Assembly (NCBI GenBank): GCA_043228905.1
Contig: JBHGNT010000007.1
Coordinates: forward strand, 13,702,001 to 13,766,000
Source of the DNA: Azolla caroliniana
Taxonomy: Eukaryota; Plantae; Polypodiophyta
DNA length: 64,000 nucleotides
Direction: 5' to 3'
The notes below the pieces were generated by a model that was not told the origin of the DNA, did no database searches, and saw only the letters and a list, made by a program, of their open reading frames with translations. This document shows positions 50,468-64,000 of this stretch, piece by piece; position 1 is the first letter of the stretch; the number at the start of each line of letters is the position of its first letter. Position numbers and translations under genes: made by a program.

Positions 50468-52143
50468 AGAGCAGACGGGGGGGTATTGTGGGCAATGTCA
50501 AAAATCTTTCCCAAAGGAAGGGGGGGCCAAGGAGAACCATTTCATTTGTGCCTCAAACCAAAAGCACTCACAAACTTGGTTGGCTCCATCATCGTCGCCT
50601 CTCCACAATACTCCTCCCTCCTTCACAACTAGTGTCGACACTTCATAGCTCTCATACCACGTTATATATTGTATGGAACCCGAGAGGATGCACACGCACA
50701 TATATTAACAAAAATGGAGAAAACTAAGATTTATACTATTGTGCCAAAGCACGATAACACCATGGATATAACAAAGAGGTCTAGCTCATGGGTGCTCCCA
50801 AGTGAGCTCATGCACTTAATACGAATCCACAAGATGAACTGAGTAAGAATCCTAGATTACATTCTAAGGTTCACTTCAACCACTAACCCATCTACCATAT
50901 TCAATGCACCACTCATTCCGTTGTTCTCATATGGTAGGGTGGTTGCCCTCTTATTCACACCAAGATCACATACACAAAGTACAAGCATATTCTTCACCCT
51001 TCAACATCCATCAATCAAATAAAACTTTAAAATCACTAGTTGTAATATGTTAAAGAATGGCCATGCACTTAAGCCCCATTACATTTTCAATCATCCATTG
51101 ACATGGATTCCGTTTACTTGAAGGGGATTTGAGGTTTCGGGTGTACCAATTCATGCTTCATAGAGCCAATCCATAAAAGTGCAACTTGATAATGGCGTCA
51201 AGAGCCCATATAGCCAAACTAGTCAACTTGTTGAAAGAAAAAGAATGAATGGGGATTTGGGAACCTTTGAGCCCTCCTTTTTCAAATCAATGACTCATGG
51301 TGCCAAAGAAAAATGGAAATCTCCATTTTATCCAAGACTTTCAACTTGTGACAACGTAATGGTCCAAAATGCATGGAAAGGACCCTGTATTGATGACTTT
51401 GCTAATGGGCTTTCACAAGAAGATCAATCTATACTTGATTGATGTTTGACCATATATTCATGACTTTTTGATAGGCATTCACAAGAAGAAGATCAATCTA
51501 TATGTGATATCTGATGGTTGGCCATGTATTGATGATTTTGTCCTAGGTGTTCACAAGAAGACCAATGTATACTTGATATGTGATATTCACCCAATGATGA
51601 TCAAATTCAATCGTTTGTGGATAGCAAGAACATCATTATGATGAGGATTTTGGTTCGAATAGCGAGAATGTGTATTCTACCACGAGGCGTTATTAACTAG
51701 GTGGCCACATGACAAATGCAATAAACAAGGTGTTTGGACCACATATTGGATATCATCATACTATTTCTAGATGACATTAAGAACAACATGGAGGATGAGT
51801 ATTGGAACTCTAAATACAAAAAAAGTTTAGAAGTTTTGTGTCAATGAGAAGGTGCTCCAAAAACTAGAAGAATCACACTTGACATTCTCTAACAAGAAGT
51901 CCACATTTAGGAAACCAAAGTCTCTAGTAATTAGGGATTTGCGTGGGGCTTATGTTTGCAAGCCATCTTCTGTCGAAGGTGAATGTAATCCACAAAATAA
52001 AAGAGGCGTGCAAATCACAAACAGAGTTAAGGATTCCTAAGAAAAGGGAAGAAGTTCAAATGGGTAAACGAGCATACCAAAGACTTACAATAATGTTCAA
52101 GAGGTTCTTTCTTGAAGCTTGATAGTGTGAAAGGCCAACTACG

Positions 52144-52759
52144 TTTTTTTTTCCAAAACAAATTATCCTTCCATTAGTTATAAATAAAGGTCATAACAGT
52201 TACATCATACAAAGTATTTTTTCCGAAGCCCTTCTTGTGTAGACAATGGTTGAGGAAACAAATTTATATACTCCCTCTCAGGTCATAGTTATGAGCCATT
52301 CAATACTTCTTCAACCTGTACATCTTGGATTTGAAGGCGATTAACTACATTCTTTGGTTTTTCAAAAGAACCGCTTTCCACATTCGTGGTTGTAAAGTCA
52401 ACATTATGCTTCCTCTTTCCCCATCAACCATCTTGCCGGATTACCACCAAATTCCTGTACATATAACAACAATTTAAGTAAAGTTCCCTCCTCGCCTCAT
52501 GAGCTTATTCTTCGGCCCCCACACCATCATCACTTGTCCTTATCAAAAAAACATAAAAACTGCTTCGTTAAGTCCTCATCAACCATCTTGCCGAATACCA
52601 CCGAATTCCTGCACATAAACAGTAAAATGTGTCTAAATTCCTCATCTCCTCATGAGAATTTGCTTCGACCTCCACACCATCATCACTCATCCTTATCCAA
52701 AATATAAATTCTACGTCAGTAAGTCCACATCATCCATCTCGCTGAATACCACCAAAAAC
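52144..52759 (-). mobile_element. 5'-truncated non-LTR retroposed fragment (LINE 3' end or SINE/retrocopy) with poly(A) and TSD
   Basis: 17-bp direct repeat GAAAGGCCAACTA(C/T)GTT at 52129 and 52760. T9 run at 52144-52152. Internal ~153-bp repeats at ~52422, 52577 and 52728. Confidence 0.75.
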
Positions 52760-54838
52760 GAAAGGCCAACTATGTTGAAGGAACAATGAGCTTTTGTAAC
52801 TATGTATACAACCCCAACCAGACTTGAGTGGTCAAAACCAATAAAAAGATGGTGGAAATCAATATGTTATCCAATTTAAGACAAATGAGCTAATTGAGAT
52901 ACTATCATGAAGGATCCTATTAGTAGTCAAAGGAAATATGGGCATGCTTATCAACATAGTGGTAATTATGGAGACAAACTACCACCTTACTCGAGGAATG
53001 TGTGCCACCCTAGATATCACAACATGGTAGCACACATATATCATTCTAGAAATAGTGATATATGTGGTTGAGCAAAGACTTGAAGAATGATATTTGGATG
53101 ATTCCATGAAGTCTTTGAACGTAGAAATCTAATACATAGTAGGGTGGGACAATAGTGCGATAAATATGTTATCCATGGGAAGTTATGAAGGTGAAGAGGA
53201 GATACATTTGAACAACGAAGATGTAGGAAGGTTCTTGAACGCAATGGCAAGTGATGCCTCGTGGTCAAGGGAAGAGTTTCATTGAACTTAGAAGAGGTAT
53301 TGCAAGTTTTCCTTTTGTGAGGGACAATTGTGAGAGCACCATAAGAAAACGACCTTGAACAATCTGAACATTTGTCCCTCACAAAAGGATTTAGGTCAAT
53401 TCTCCATCAACGCGATCATAAATGGAGGTTTTCACAACCTGAACAATCAAGCTCTATGATATCGTGTAAATACGCGCATGAATGTGCTACCGAAGCGGAA
53501 CCACAGAGGTCATGAACCAAGGAGAGATGGTTTCGCTGATGAAGACACATGGGATTGATAGTTGTGAAGTGGAGTTCTTCCTTCTTGTTTGGCGTGGGTC
53601 CACTTGCACACACTCCATGCACAAAGGGGATATGTGATCTAGGTTGACATTATGTATATGTATGTATAGTTTGTGAATATGTGAGCATTTATGTTGTATG
53701 TGTGTTGGAGAGTGAGAGGGGTATTTGTGGAAAGTTGGTTGGAAGAAGGGTATTTTGGGAAAGTGTGATGGAGAGGAGTATTTTGAGAAAGTGTATTGGG
53801 AGAAGGATATTGTAGGAATGTGTGATGGGAGAGTGGTAGTTGGGGAAAGTGTGTTGGGAGAAAGTATGATGGGTTAAGGGTAATTCAAGAAAGTGTAAAG
53901 CATAGCTCGCCTACTTGAGCTTAAGGGCCAACATTAAACAATAAGTTGATTGGCGATGATATCCGTCATCGACATCAAGTAGTGACTACAACTAGTATTT
54001 TTTGTTTGGTGCTCATAGGTTCAAGCCAAAAAGTATGCCACTTCCTTGTTTCCAACCAAATTGATCTACACTATGGTTTACAATTTTCCTTGGAAATACA
54101 TAATGATTTACATTACCAAATTGGTTATATTTCATGTAGTTACATCAAATTCAAGGAAGGAGATAAAAAAATTGCCTCGTTTTAAAAATAGAAATAAAGA
54201 ATGCCACGTTGCCTCGTATCATCGTTGGCCTCCTACACACACCCATGATTTGCTGCCTCACACATCGTCCAATGCAGCCTCACTACCTCTCCTCCTTGAA
54301 TCCCAAAATGTCCATCCTTGACAATGAGCTCTCCTCCTCCTTTTATAGGTTTTAGGAGGGCCTTTGCCAAAATAAAAGCTTGCAACATAAGTCATCACTT
54401 GTCCTAGCTCAATTTTCACAAAATTACATTCTTTATCCTTGTATCATTTATATTAAAAACCATAATTTCTACTTTCTGTAGCCCAAGTAGGTTTCAAACC
54501 TTGCATTTTATCATTCCAAGTGTTTGTTCTGGCCACTTCATCTTTCCATTGGTTTGAATTTAGACTTCGATACTTCTTGACCATAGACTTAGACTCTTAT
54601 AAACTTAGGTTTTAGGCATTCCCCCCTTTTGCACACACCACATCGTGACACCATTGCCACTCTTCATTGCTTTCCCCATCCTTTATAACCCCCCTCACTC
54701 TTCTTTTGTATGTGTTGATAGATCTCGCTTCTTAATCAACGTGTTTTAGTAGTAACACATGTTAGAGTTTTGACAACTCTACATGCACAACAAAACATGT
54801 AGTAGGCTTCCAAAATCAATAAATAACATACATGTATA

Positions 54839-55410
54839 TCACAGGATCATGATCGGCCACAACTGGTTCCACTTTTGAATCTTCGGATGCAAAGATCAAG
54901 AAAGATAGTACATAGACATAAAATGAGAGGGTAGAAAACACAAGTACAAAGACACAAGATTTAACGTGGAAAACCCAAAAGGGAAAAACCATGTGGAGTC
55001 CTCGAACTTCAAACAGATCACTGTACGGTAGGAGGAATATACAATAAGACACTCGAAGGCAACAACCTTGAGTTCTTCTTCGTCAACGGATGGTTACAAA
55101 GTTACAACTCTGTTCTCACTCACCTACTGTCACTCACACTTAGTTACTAAGGCCATGACCCACTATGTAACTTGTTACAACTATAATGATTCCCCTCTCA
55201 TTTTTCATAAGTTTGCCCTAGTTGTATTTAACATATATAACTTTTTGACTATTTACATACATAGCCCACAAGAGGCACATTTAGACTATTTACATATATG
55301 GTCTCTCGATTTCGGTTTCGGTTTTCGATTTCGGCGTCAGCCGAAATACCCATTGACTCCATCCAATTCCGTTCATTCTCTTCCCATTTGGAGGGACTTG
55401 TTTCCGAACA
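54839..55410 (-). mobile_element. Solo LTR (C-related copia family) inside the H LTR
   Basis: Perfect TSD GTATA (54834-54838 / 55411-55415). The end GAGGGACTTGTTTCCGAACA matches the solo LTR at 1890. Confidence 0.82.
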
Positions 55411-55991
55411 GTATAGAGATAGAAACATAAACATTAACAAATGATGTATATATAGAGGAAAGATTCAATCTATCATAGTATAAGAATGAAAAGATATGCA
55501 TACAATATAGGGAGGAAGAGCTCTTACATATATAATTATTCTACATTCAAAACTCTATAGCCTTCTTTTATACTAGTGATGAACTTTTGCATGAACACCA
55601 CTTGTTAGACATGTTTTTTGCATGCATATATTAGGACATGCAATTACCTTTATCATTAACTAATATTGACTATTGAATAATATAATATAATAAAAATCAA
55701 TAATGGTATTATGGCTAAACCAAAGACGTATGTGTTCAACTTCCAACACTCCCCCTCAAGCTCGAGATGATATATCTCCTATGTTCATTTGAGACATGAA
55801 CTTTAACTTTTTTGAATCCAAAAACTTTGTAAATATATCTGCAACTTGATCACCTATCTTAACATGTAGCAAAAGAATTTTTTTGGTTATCACTTTTTCT
55901 CTTATGAAATGATAGTGAACTTCAATGTGTTTGCTCCTTGCATGAAATATTGGATTCTTCGCTAAATAGATTGTTGACATACTATCTGAAC

Positions 55992-56808
55992 CATGGTTGT
56001 TTATGTACTCGTATTTAACGTTAAAATATGTATAGTACGTACTATACCTCAATGTTGTTCAGTCAAATATCATGTACATTTGTCCAATACGGTATTTAAC
56101 GTATTTATAAAAAAATTGGTATAATACGTATTTATAAAGAAAATGTAAGTAAAACCCCAACAAAAAGCAAAAGAAAAAAAAGATTTTAGTGAAAAAGAAG
56201 CCAAAGGAAGGAAGGAAAGAAGAATAGAAGACACGACGATGAAGAAGATGAAGAAGAAGAAGAAGATGAGAGAAAAGAAGACATAAACCTGTCTTGATTC
56301 TTAGTGTGATAATCGCAGAAGATAGAAGAAGAAGACGAAGAAAAGAGAAACTTATCATGAGTGTGATAATCGTAGACGATTCCTCAATCTATGAAAACAT
56401 AATTGGAAATAGTTACAATTTGAAGTAGAACATCGTGATACACACTTACACTGATTTATAGAATAAGGGAATATCGACATTCATATTACTGCAAGTATTT
56501 TAGGACGTGAAATGTTTAAATGTCTTATTGCATTTTAGGATGTAGAACTATATTGTACATCCCAAAATTGTGTAAACATAGATGTTTTTTACAATATTAT
56601 AGATATTTTTTAGAAAGGTAAATCATTTTTAAATTCTAGAAGTATTTAACGTACTATATGTAAAATATGTATCTTACGTATTTTATAAGTATTTAACATA
56701 TTAAGAAAACGTATTTAACGTATTTTTAAATTGGGAGGTACTATACGCGTATTAATACGTTATATACGTATGGTATCTGTACCGTACCTAACGTACCTAA
56801 CAACCTTG
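55992..56808. mobile_element. Non-autonomous hAT DNA transposon (MITE-like, 817 bp)
   Basis: 8-bp TSD ATCTGAAC (55984-55991 / 56809-56816). TIRs CATGGTTGTT / AACAACCTTG. Subterminal CGTATTTA/TACG repeats. Confidence 0.87.
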
Positions 56809-56849
56809 ATCTGAACATAAAATAAAATCACAATAATTTATTTGTAAAT

Positions 56850-57165
56850 TGTTGAGAATCAAGCTCAACTTGGTCTAGTGTGTGAACTCACCTTGAGAGT
56901 GAATAGACACTCCAACGGTCAAGAGTCACCATTAAGTCACCTCTTTGTATTCTAGCATTTAGTATGAGTCATAGAATCATATTCTATGACACATAACTTA
57001 TGAGCTTTCACATTCCCCATGCTCCATGAGCCTTGTAGTTAATGAAGAGAGAGGGTGACTATATAAAGCACCCTCCTCCCACCTTGTATTTAGTTGAGTC
57101 TTTCTCCTTTATTAAATATACCTTTACCTTGCGTATTCTCTGTGTATTATTCCTTGTCTCTCTCA

Positions 57166-57249
<84 letters not shown>

Positions 57250-57303
57250 CACACATAACTCACATCTCTTCCGCTTCACAAGAATCATACCCGATTCTTT
57301 ACA
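56850..57303 (+). mobile_element. Solo LTR of the copia B family
   Basis: Perfect TSD TAAAT. Termini TGTTGAGAATCAAGCTCAAC...TCTTTACA, the reverse complement of the B LTR. Contains a (CA)n(CT)n tract. Confidence 0.9.
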
Positions 57304-60300
57304 TAAATTACCCAATAGCTTCTTCAACCACATCACTTCAGAAGTAGCATTTGCTAGAGATTGTACTCTGTTTCTATTGATGACAATGGTATTGTTGGTT
57401 GTTTCTTCTAACTCCATGATATGGTTTTTGTACCTATCATAAACACATATCCAAATATACTTCTCCTATGATTTGGAGATCTAGCTCAGTCAGCATCACA
57501 ATACACTTTTGGGTCTAGATTAACATCATTATCATAAATTAAACCATAATTGATTGTTCCTTTTATGTATCTCAAAATGATTCTAGCAGCTTTTTAATTA
57601 TTCACAATGATTATCTCAAAATTATCCTGCATAAACAAAACGCCAACAACATGAACAATGTCTGGCCTTGTGATTGTAGCATAAATCAATGACCCAATTA
57701 TACTTCTATATAGTTGAGAATCTTCAATCTTTTCACCATCATCATATGTAAACTTAGAATTAACATCCAAAGGTATTTGCAACGGTTTACATGCTGACAT
57801 TCCAAACTTCTTAAGCACATCAAGCAAGTATTTTCTCTGTGATAAGCATAATTCATTTTCTTTTTTTACTATCTCAATACCTAAGAAATATTTCAACCCC
57901 CAAGATCTGAATTTTTGAATTCAAATTTTAGCTTCCATTTAACATCTTTGATATTCTCTTCATCATCGCATGTAACAATCAAGTCATCAACATAAATGCA
58001 TATAGCAATGAGTTTTCCTTTTGTCACATTCACAAACAAAGAAGGATCGGCATCAGATTCTCTAAAACCATTTTGCATCAAATATACCACCAATTTGTGG
58101 TACCATGCCCTTGGAGCTTGCTTTAACCCATATAAAGCTTTCTTAAGCTTACAAATATAACTCAGAAATTTAGGGTGAACATACCCTTCTAGATGTTCTA
58201 TGTATATTTCTTCCAATAAATCACCATTTAGAAAAACATTTTTTACATCTAATTGATACAATTTCCAATTTTTTGTCGCTACAATTGCTACAATTGCTAA
58301 CAATGTCCTTATTGTGGTCATTTTTGCTACAAGACTAAATGTCTCCTCATAATCTATTCCATATGGCTATGCAAAACCTTTTGCTACCAATTTAGCTTTA
58401 TATCTAGCAATTGAACCATCAAAATTGTGTTTTACCTTAAATATCTACTTACGTCCAATTGGTTTTTGTGTTGCACCTTTTGGTACAAGGACCCATGTCT
58501 TGTTATCTACCAATGCTTGCAGCTCCTTGTCCATTGCATCTTGCCATTTCTCACTTTTGCTTGCTTCCTCAAAACATGATGGTTCTTCTACTTTTTTAAC
58601 TTGAGACATATAAGCATAATGATTAACCATGAATGAATCATACGTAAGTCTTTGAACAAGATAACTTACTCTCGATGAGCGTCGCATCATATTTTGGTTG
58701 TGTTGTTCTTCACCTTCATTCCCACTTGGCCTTTCTATCCACAATTGATCTTCTTCTTCAATTTTACCTTTCAATTTGTTTGTACTTTCTTTTGTATCTA
58801 CTTCATTTTTCTTCAATTTCCTAGACCAAGGACTTACTTCCTTCGTCGATGTTGAGGGACTAGAAATTGATGGTCCACTCAACTCTATACTTCCTTCATT
58901 GATGTTAAGGGACTAGAAATTGATGGTCCACTCAACTCTATACTTCCTTTGTTGACGTTGAGGGACTAGAAATTGATGGTCCACTAGAAATTGATGTTGG
59001 GGGAAAATGGAGGTAAGGGTAAGATGTAAGAGTTGTAGGATCAACCCTAGGCTTGGCATTGAGTTAGGATAGGGGGGAAGGGCGGTGTTGTCTTCCATTG
59101 CACGCAACAACATGGTCTACAATAGCAACAGATGCCATTTCTCCCTCTACTCCTCGAGATGTGCCCTCTTCATTGAGTTCTACCATGGCGAGTTCACATG
59201 ATAGAGGTCTTTGAGTTCTATAGTGTGTGCTCCACAGGACAAAAGACTATCAATTCCGTCATGTTGGGTCCACAAGATAGAACTTCTAAGTTTATTGAGT
59301 GATCATGGGTTTACACACAATGGGCTATACATAAGAGAATCTTTTGAGTTCTCTCATGTTGAGCTCAACAACCAAGCTTTACACAAATCCCTTAGCGTTG
59401 CCCAACATAAGGGAACCAAATCTTGGGGATCTAGAGGTGGTGGTTCAACTCTTGCCAATTGGTAAATTTGAGGTAGAACCAACTACTTTGGCACTTTGAA
59501 AGTCAAAGAAACTAGAATAGGGGAGGTTGCAAAATAACCAATTTTCGTTGTTTTAGTTGGTAATCTATTTTAACTAAGGAAGTGAGTGGTAGGGTGGAAT
59601 AGCAAATCCCTTAGGGTTGCATGAGAAGAGTGACACAACAACAAGTTCCACGAAGGACACAAAAGTGTTCTCCTCAAGGAGAGAGAGTTAATGTGAAATT
59701 TTCATGCATTGCGCTTAGGATGCACAACCGAAAGGACGCGTATAAGGTAATGTATACACAAGGTGGGGCAAGGAGTGCAAGTCACAACATAAATAAATGT
59801 GTATGTTTGTACGCACGTGTGTATGTGTATATATGTATGATGAGGCTTAAATAATGAAAGAAACAGAGACATTTATTTATCCCACATATTGCTGCATTAA
59901 GGAATGTGGCCATATATATGAATAAGCAAAAGGCTTAGACTTTCATCTTGGGTATGTCTGTACCTGTAACCCTAGCGGGGGGATATTGGGGGTTGTGTGG
60001 AGGCATGGCTCCGTTGTGATTAAGGACCAGCAGGCGGCGCTCATTGTGGGCACGCTCGCTCCAAGATGAGAGTGGCGGCCGACGCCTATTCGGAGGGAGA
60101 GAAGAGAAGCGTTGTCTGTTGCCTTGAAGTGGTGGGGCACAACGTGTTAGGCCGACGATGGAGCAACGAACACCCCCCTCTCTCGGCGGTGGAGGGACCA
60201 CGTCTAGCCCTACTCCTCTTGTTGACCATCCTCTCAGTGCCGCTCATTGTCCACCGTGGCCTCCCCAAATCTTTTCCATCCTTATTTTACAAAGAAGTTA

Positions 60301-60360
60301 CATATAATACATACATACCAACCATATAGATCTCTCTCTTAGCCGGATGGATGTGCTTAT

Positions 60361-62046
60361 TGTAGAATTCGGCAACTATACAAATAGTCTAGAGAATGAT
60401 TGCTAGAGACAGAGATCACACACATACACAAAATTGTTCTATATTGATTGTAATGAATGTGTTACATTTAGCCGAATGGCTTGTTTGTAGAGACAATCCT
60501 CTAAGACTTATAACTCTTCAATGAAGAGTCACTTTTACAAAAAGACTTTCCTAATAAAAATAACTCTTCGTAAATGAATAGTTGTTTTTAATATAATAAA
60601 TTAATCTAATATTTAGGTTAAATATTTCCACACCCCCCTTAAGCTAAATATTATTTTATTCAAAAGTATTGTCGTTTGAAGAATAATTTGGCATTGTTAG
60701 ACCAATCTTTTGGCAACAAGCGATATGCTTTGGTTGAGGTATTGGCTTTGTTAGAAAATCGGCCCACATTAGTGTTGTGGATGCATACTTCAAATCTAGC
60801 TTATTCTCTTCGATTAAGTCTCGTAGAAAATGATGCTTGAAAGAGACATGTCGAATATTATCACTCATTTTCGGATTACAAGCTAACTTTATACATGATT
60901 GATGAAGGATTAACTTTGAAGTCTTAAACAAGCTAAGTTCTTCAAGTATGGAATGAATCCATATTCCTTCTTTAGCAGCAAGTGCGACAACTACATATTC
61001 GGCTTCCGTTGAACATTTGGTCTAGTTGAATCTTCAAAATGTGGTGGTTGTTACATATAGCTCTCTTCTTCGAGTTCTCCATGAAGGAAAGTGGTTTGAA
61101 CATCTAAGTGATGGAATTCCAAATCAAGTACGACAACGAGAGAGACGAATATGTGAAATATGATACTTCGCAATGTAGGGCTAAATGTGTCTTTGAAGTC
61201 GATTCCAGGTATTTGCGAAAAACCACGAGCTACGAGATGAGCTTTGAAATGTATAATATTTCCAGTAGCATCAGTCTTCTTCCAAAGAACCCACTTACAA
61301 CTAACAAATTGTCGATCAGGTGGTGGATCGACAAGGCTCCAAGTGTTGTTCTTCAATTAGGCTATCATCTCTTCTTCCATGGTTGATCTCTATTTAGGGC
61401 CATCGGTACCAGACAATGCTTCTCGAACGGTAATAATTAATTCATTTGCGGTATCCGGTTCTTCTTCAACTATGAGGGCGTCCATATCGATGTCCACAAA
61501 GTGTGGCTCGAATTGGCCGAGTTCCTTATAGATATTGGACAAGGAGCGCGTACGGTGAGGTGGTGAGTCGTTACCATATGAGTTTGGATAGTCTTGCGAG
61601 GATTGTGATTTTGAGTTGGTTGAAAAATCACTAGTGACGTCGGGTGAGTGAAGATGAAATGGAGGAAGGATTTGATGGGTTTGAGAGCTTTCAATAGCAT
61701 ATTGATTAGAGTTCGAGAAATTTGATAAAGAGAGTGGTAAAGTGTTGAATGTATTTAAGTGTGGCGAAGACGAGGTTGATGTAGAGGATGTGTTTGTGAG
61801 GTCATCATAATGTGTAGAGGTGGATGGTGTGAAACCAATATACAGATTTGGGTGAATGTAGTTAGTTAGTTTAGGTTGGGTAGTTCTTTTATGTTGGTTG
61901 GTTAGTTTTAAAGGTGTATTTTTTATTTTACTTTTATTTTTATTAACTTTAAATTTAAATGTTGGTTTTGCAGACGGAGTCGAACGGGAGGAGTTATTGG
62001 AGCAGAGGAGATGGGAGGAGATGCAAGGGGTCGAGGTACAAGGGAG
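60361..62046 (-). mobile_element. Degenerate copia element I (3' LTR, RNase H, RT fragment, spacer)
   Basis: LTR TGTAGAA...TTCCACA at ~60361-60632. PPT complement at 60633. RNase H ADFLTKP; RT NNTWSLVDPP..KWV..HLVARGFSQIPGIDF. Internal deletion at ~61010-61050. Confidence 0.78.
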
Positions 62047-64000
62047 TGTTGAATGCGGGTCTAATGAATGTATTCACATTGTCTCCCCTTGTACACACTA
62101 GGTTTAGGTTATTTATGTAAATAGTGAGAAGGGAAGTTGCCCTAAGTCATTGAGTATATAATCTGACTTTGTAACCTAACTTTCGGTTGTTGCAAATATA
62201 GTTCATCTTCTGCCGAACATCTCTCTCTCTCTCTTGCGTTCTTGTTGATCTTCCTTCTTGATTCTGTTTCTAGTCGCCATCAATCTTCTTCATTGCATCT
62301 ATTAATGATCTCATCACAAATGAGTGCTAAGATTGTTCCACACCTAGATGACCGTGTTCTCAACATCTGGTATCAGAGCTTGGTGTTTTTCGATTCTCCT
62401 GCTACTGTCTACTTTGTCTCCATCAACAACTCTTCCTTGCTACACCTTGAAGATTTCAATTGACAACTCTCTACAAGATCGTTTTCGCAAAGAGAAACAC
62501 CGGCAAAATTTACACTCCATTGTTCTAAATCAACATTGAAGTGAGTCAATTGGCTGCACTTCACTCTTGTGATTGTAGCCGCTTAGAGTGAGATTTCGCT
62601 TCACAAGCTCTGCCTCAATCGTGCTACATTAGATTAGAAGACAATCGAATAGGTCAATCGACGCTATTTACTCGCTCGTCATAATCACTCATAGTAGTCT
62701 GGGTTCCAGGAACAACCCCCTTCCATGCTTCATTCGGTTAGACAATATTCGGAAAGGTTAGTTGAAGCAGGATCAACCTGGATAATCGGCACATACTCTG
62801 TGTTCAGAAATCTCGAAAATCAACATTCAAAATAGAATCAACAAACTTGGGTCCAATTCAACTAAGTCGATTGACTGTAGTCACTCCGGACAGAATTCGC
62901 CAAATAGTCAAAACCGATTTGACTTGTGTACAATTTCGGCTAGAACGACATTGAGTGAGCCAGTCAGCCGCACCCCACCATTGTTCGTGGTCGACTCCAG
63001 ACAAAGTCTATGAAGTCGACACAGATGGCATCAATATCCGGCTCGTTAGAGATGAGTCTGAGGAAGTTCGACGGATCGAACTTCAACTTCTAGAAGGAGC
63101 AGATGCAAGACTACCTGATAGTCAAGGGGCAAATCGACCCCATCGAAAATGAAAATGCTCTAGAAGGATACAAGCCGCTTGAATGGGAGAAGCTCGACAG
63201 AATCGTCTGAGCCACCATTCGGATGCACCTATGGGAGTCTATGTACTTCACGGTACAATCGTGTTCAACTGCCTTCCAACTATTGAAGACACTCTCAGAC
63301 ACCTACGAAAAGAAGGTAGCCGGTACGAAGATATATTTGATTCAACACGTTTATAAGCTTTGGATGGAAGAATCTGATTTGGTCTAGGCACACCTCAACG
63401 AGTACGAAAGCTTAAGTTCCCAAATTGTGGCTCAAGGGACGACTATCAAAGGATGAACTAAGAGCAATGCTGCTTATGAGTAGTCGCCCCCCTTCATGGG
63501 AAACATTCATTACAATTGTCTACAATGCGTCGACTGCTGCTGTTAAGTACTCCTTAGTCACGAGTGCAATTCTGACTGAAGTAGCTCGAAGAAAATCGTT
63601 TAAGAATGATTTGGCCAACGACGTTTACGTAGTACAAGGTTCGACCGACCAACCTGAACAACCGAGGAAGAGGTTCTTCACGACAACCGAACAACCAGCG
63701 AACTCGGAGCAAGTCACGGGATAATTAAGTCTACAATTATTGCAAGAAACTCGGACACATCAAAGACGATTGCCGCACACTCAAAGCCAAAAATGATAAG
63801 GAGATGAACAAGATTACGTCGGCATGAAGAGGTCAATTACGTCGGCTCTTCGACCAAAATACTGTCGAATGTCTCGAACATCTTGCTCATCGAAAAATCA
63901 GTTGAATAAGAAGTTCTGTTTACAACTGAAGAGTCAAGCACTTGGCTCTTGGACTCGGGTGCTTCATATCACATGACCCCTCATCGATCCCAATTTCAGC
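62047..64000 (+). mobile_element. Degenerate D-family copia element (5' LTR, PBS, leader, broken gag-protease), running out of the window
   Basis: LTR 62047-62365; PBS 62368-62379. Gag from ~63025 (SLRKFDGSNFNF) is near-identical to D but has multiple stops. WLLDSGAS at ~63945. Confidence 0.92.

Larger units (their letters stand above)
54760..58995 (-). mobile_element. Old degenerate copia element H (3' LTR plus RT/RNase H), carrying three insertions
   Basis: LTR 54760-55748. PPT complement CTCCCCCTCAAG at 55749. RNase H HARSKHIEVHYHF; RT LKKALYGLKQAPRAW and YVDD. 53-bp triplication at 58835, 58888 and 58941. Confidence 0.85.

Noticed and set aside
50500-54700. Possible decayed DNA transposon (Cys/His-rich ORF pieces at 53041-53622, ~65-bp repeats at 51380-51580, GGGAAAGTGTG repeats at 53700-53890)
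   Set aside because: I could not identify TIRs, a TSD or a transposase motif with confidence; a profile search is needed.
59000-60360. Unassigned segment with a GC-rich patch between copia H and I
   Set aside because: No boundaries or coding motifs recognisable by eye.
62036-62046. PPT-like purine run before the LTR at 62047, suggesting a tandem element
   Set aside because: The LTR is followed by a PBS, and the purine run belongs to the flanking copia I spacer; probably coincidental.

Overview
Eukaryotic land-plant genomic DNA, probably from a non-seed plant such as a fern or lycophyte (inferred from Tcn1-like chromoviruses and tRNA-Trp-primed gypsy elements). It has three zones. (1) 1-34.4 kb is a deeply nested LTR-retrotransposon cluster that can be resolved by target-site duplications (TSDs). 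A degenerate chromovirus (Z, ~1094-33462) holds a non-autonomous gypsy with a tandem-repeat array (A, 3780-31119). A holds a degenerate copia (B, 4198-28839). B holds a gag-only gypsy (F) carrying a Trp-primed gypsy (E), two young intact copia elements (C, 15927-21645; D, 22951-28369) and a solo LTR. (2) ~35-50.3 kb is a TE-poor gene island with an intronless N-terminal-domain/acidic-repeat/TPR gene (+), an HVA22-like gene (-, 6 coding exons) and PRMT10 (-, 7 exons, GC-AG first intron). (3) 50.5-64 kb holds older TE debris: a 5'-truncated non-LTR insertion, copia remnants, solo LTRs and a hAT MITE. The most notable observations are antisense tRNA-like segments with Pol III A/B-box-like motifs at the outer U3 end of three related gypsy LTR subfamilies, and the TPR gene with a fungal-like N-terminal domain and no SET domain. 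All calls come from manual reading; no searches were run.
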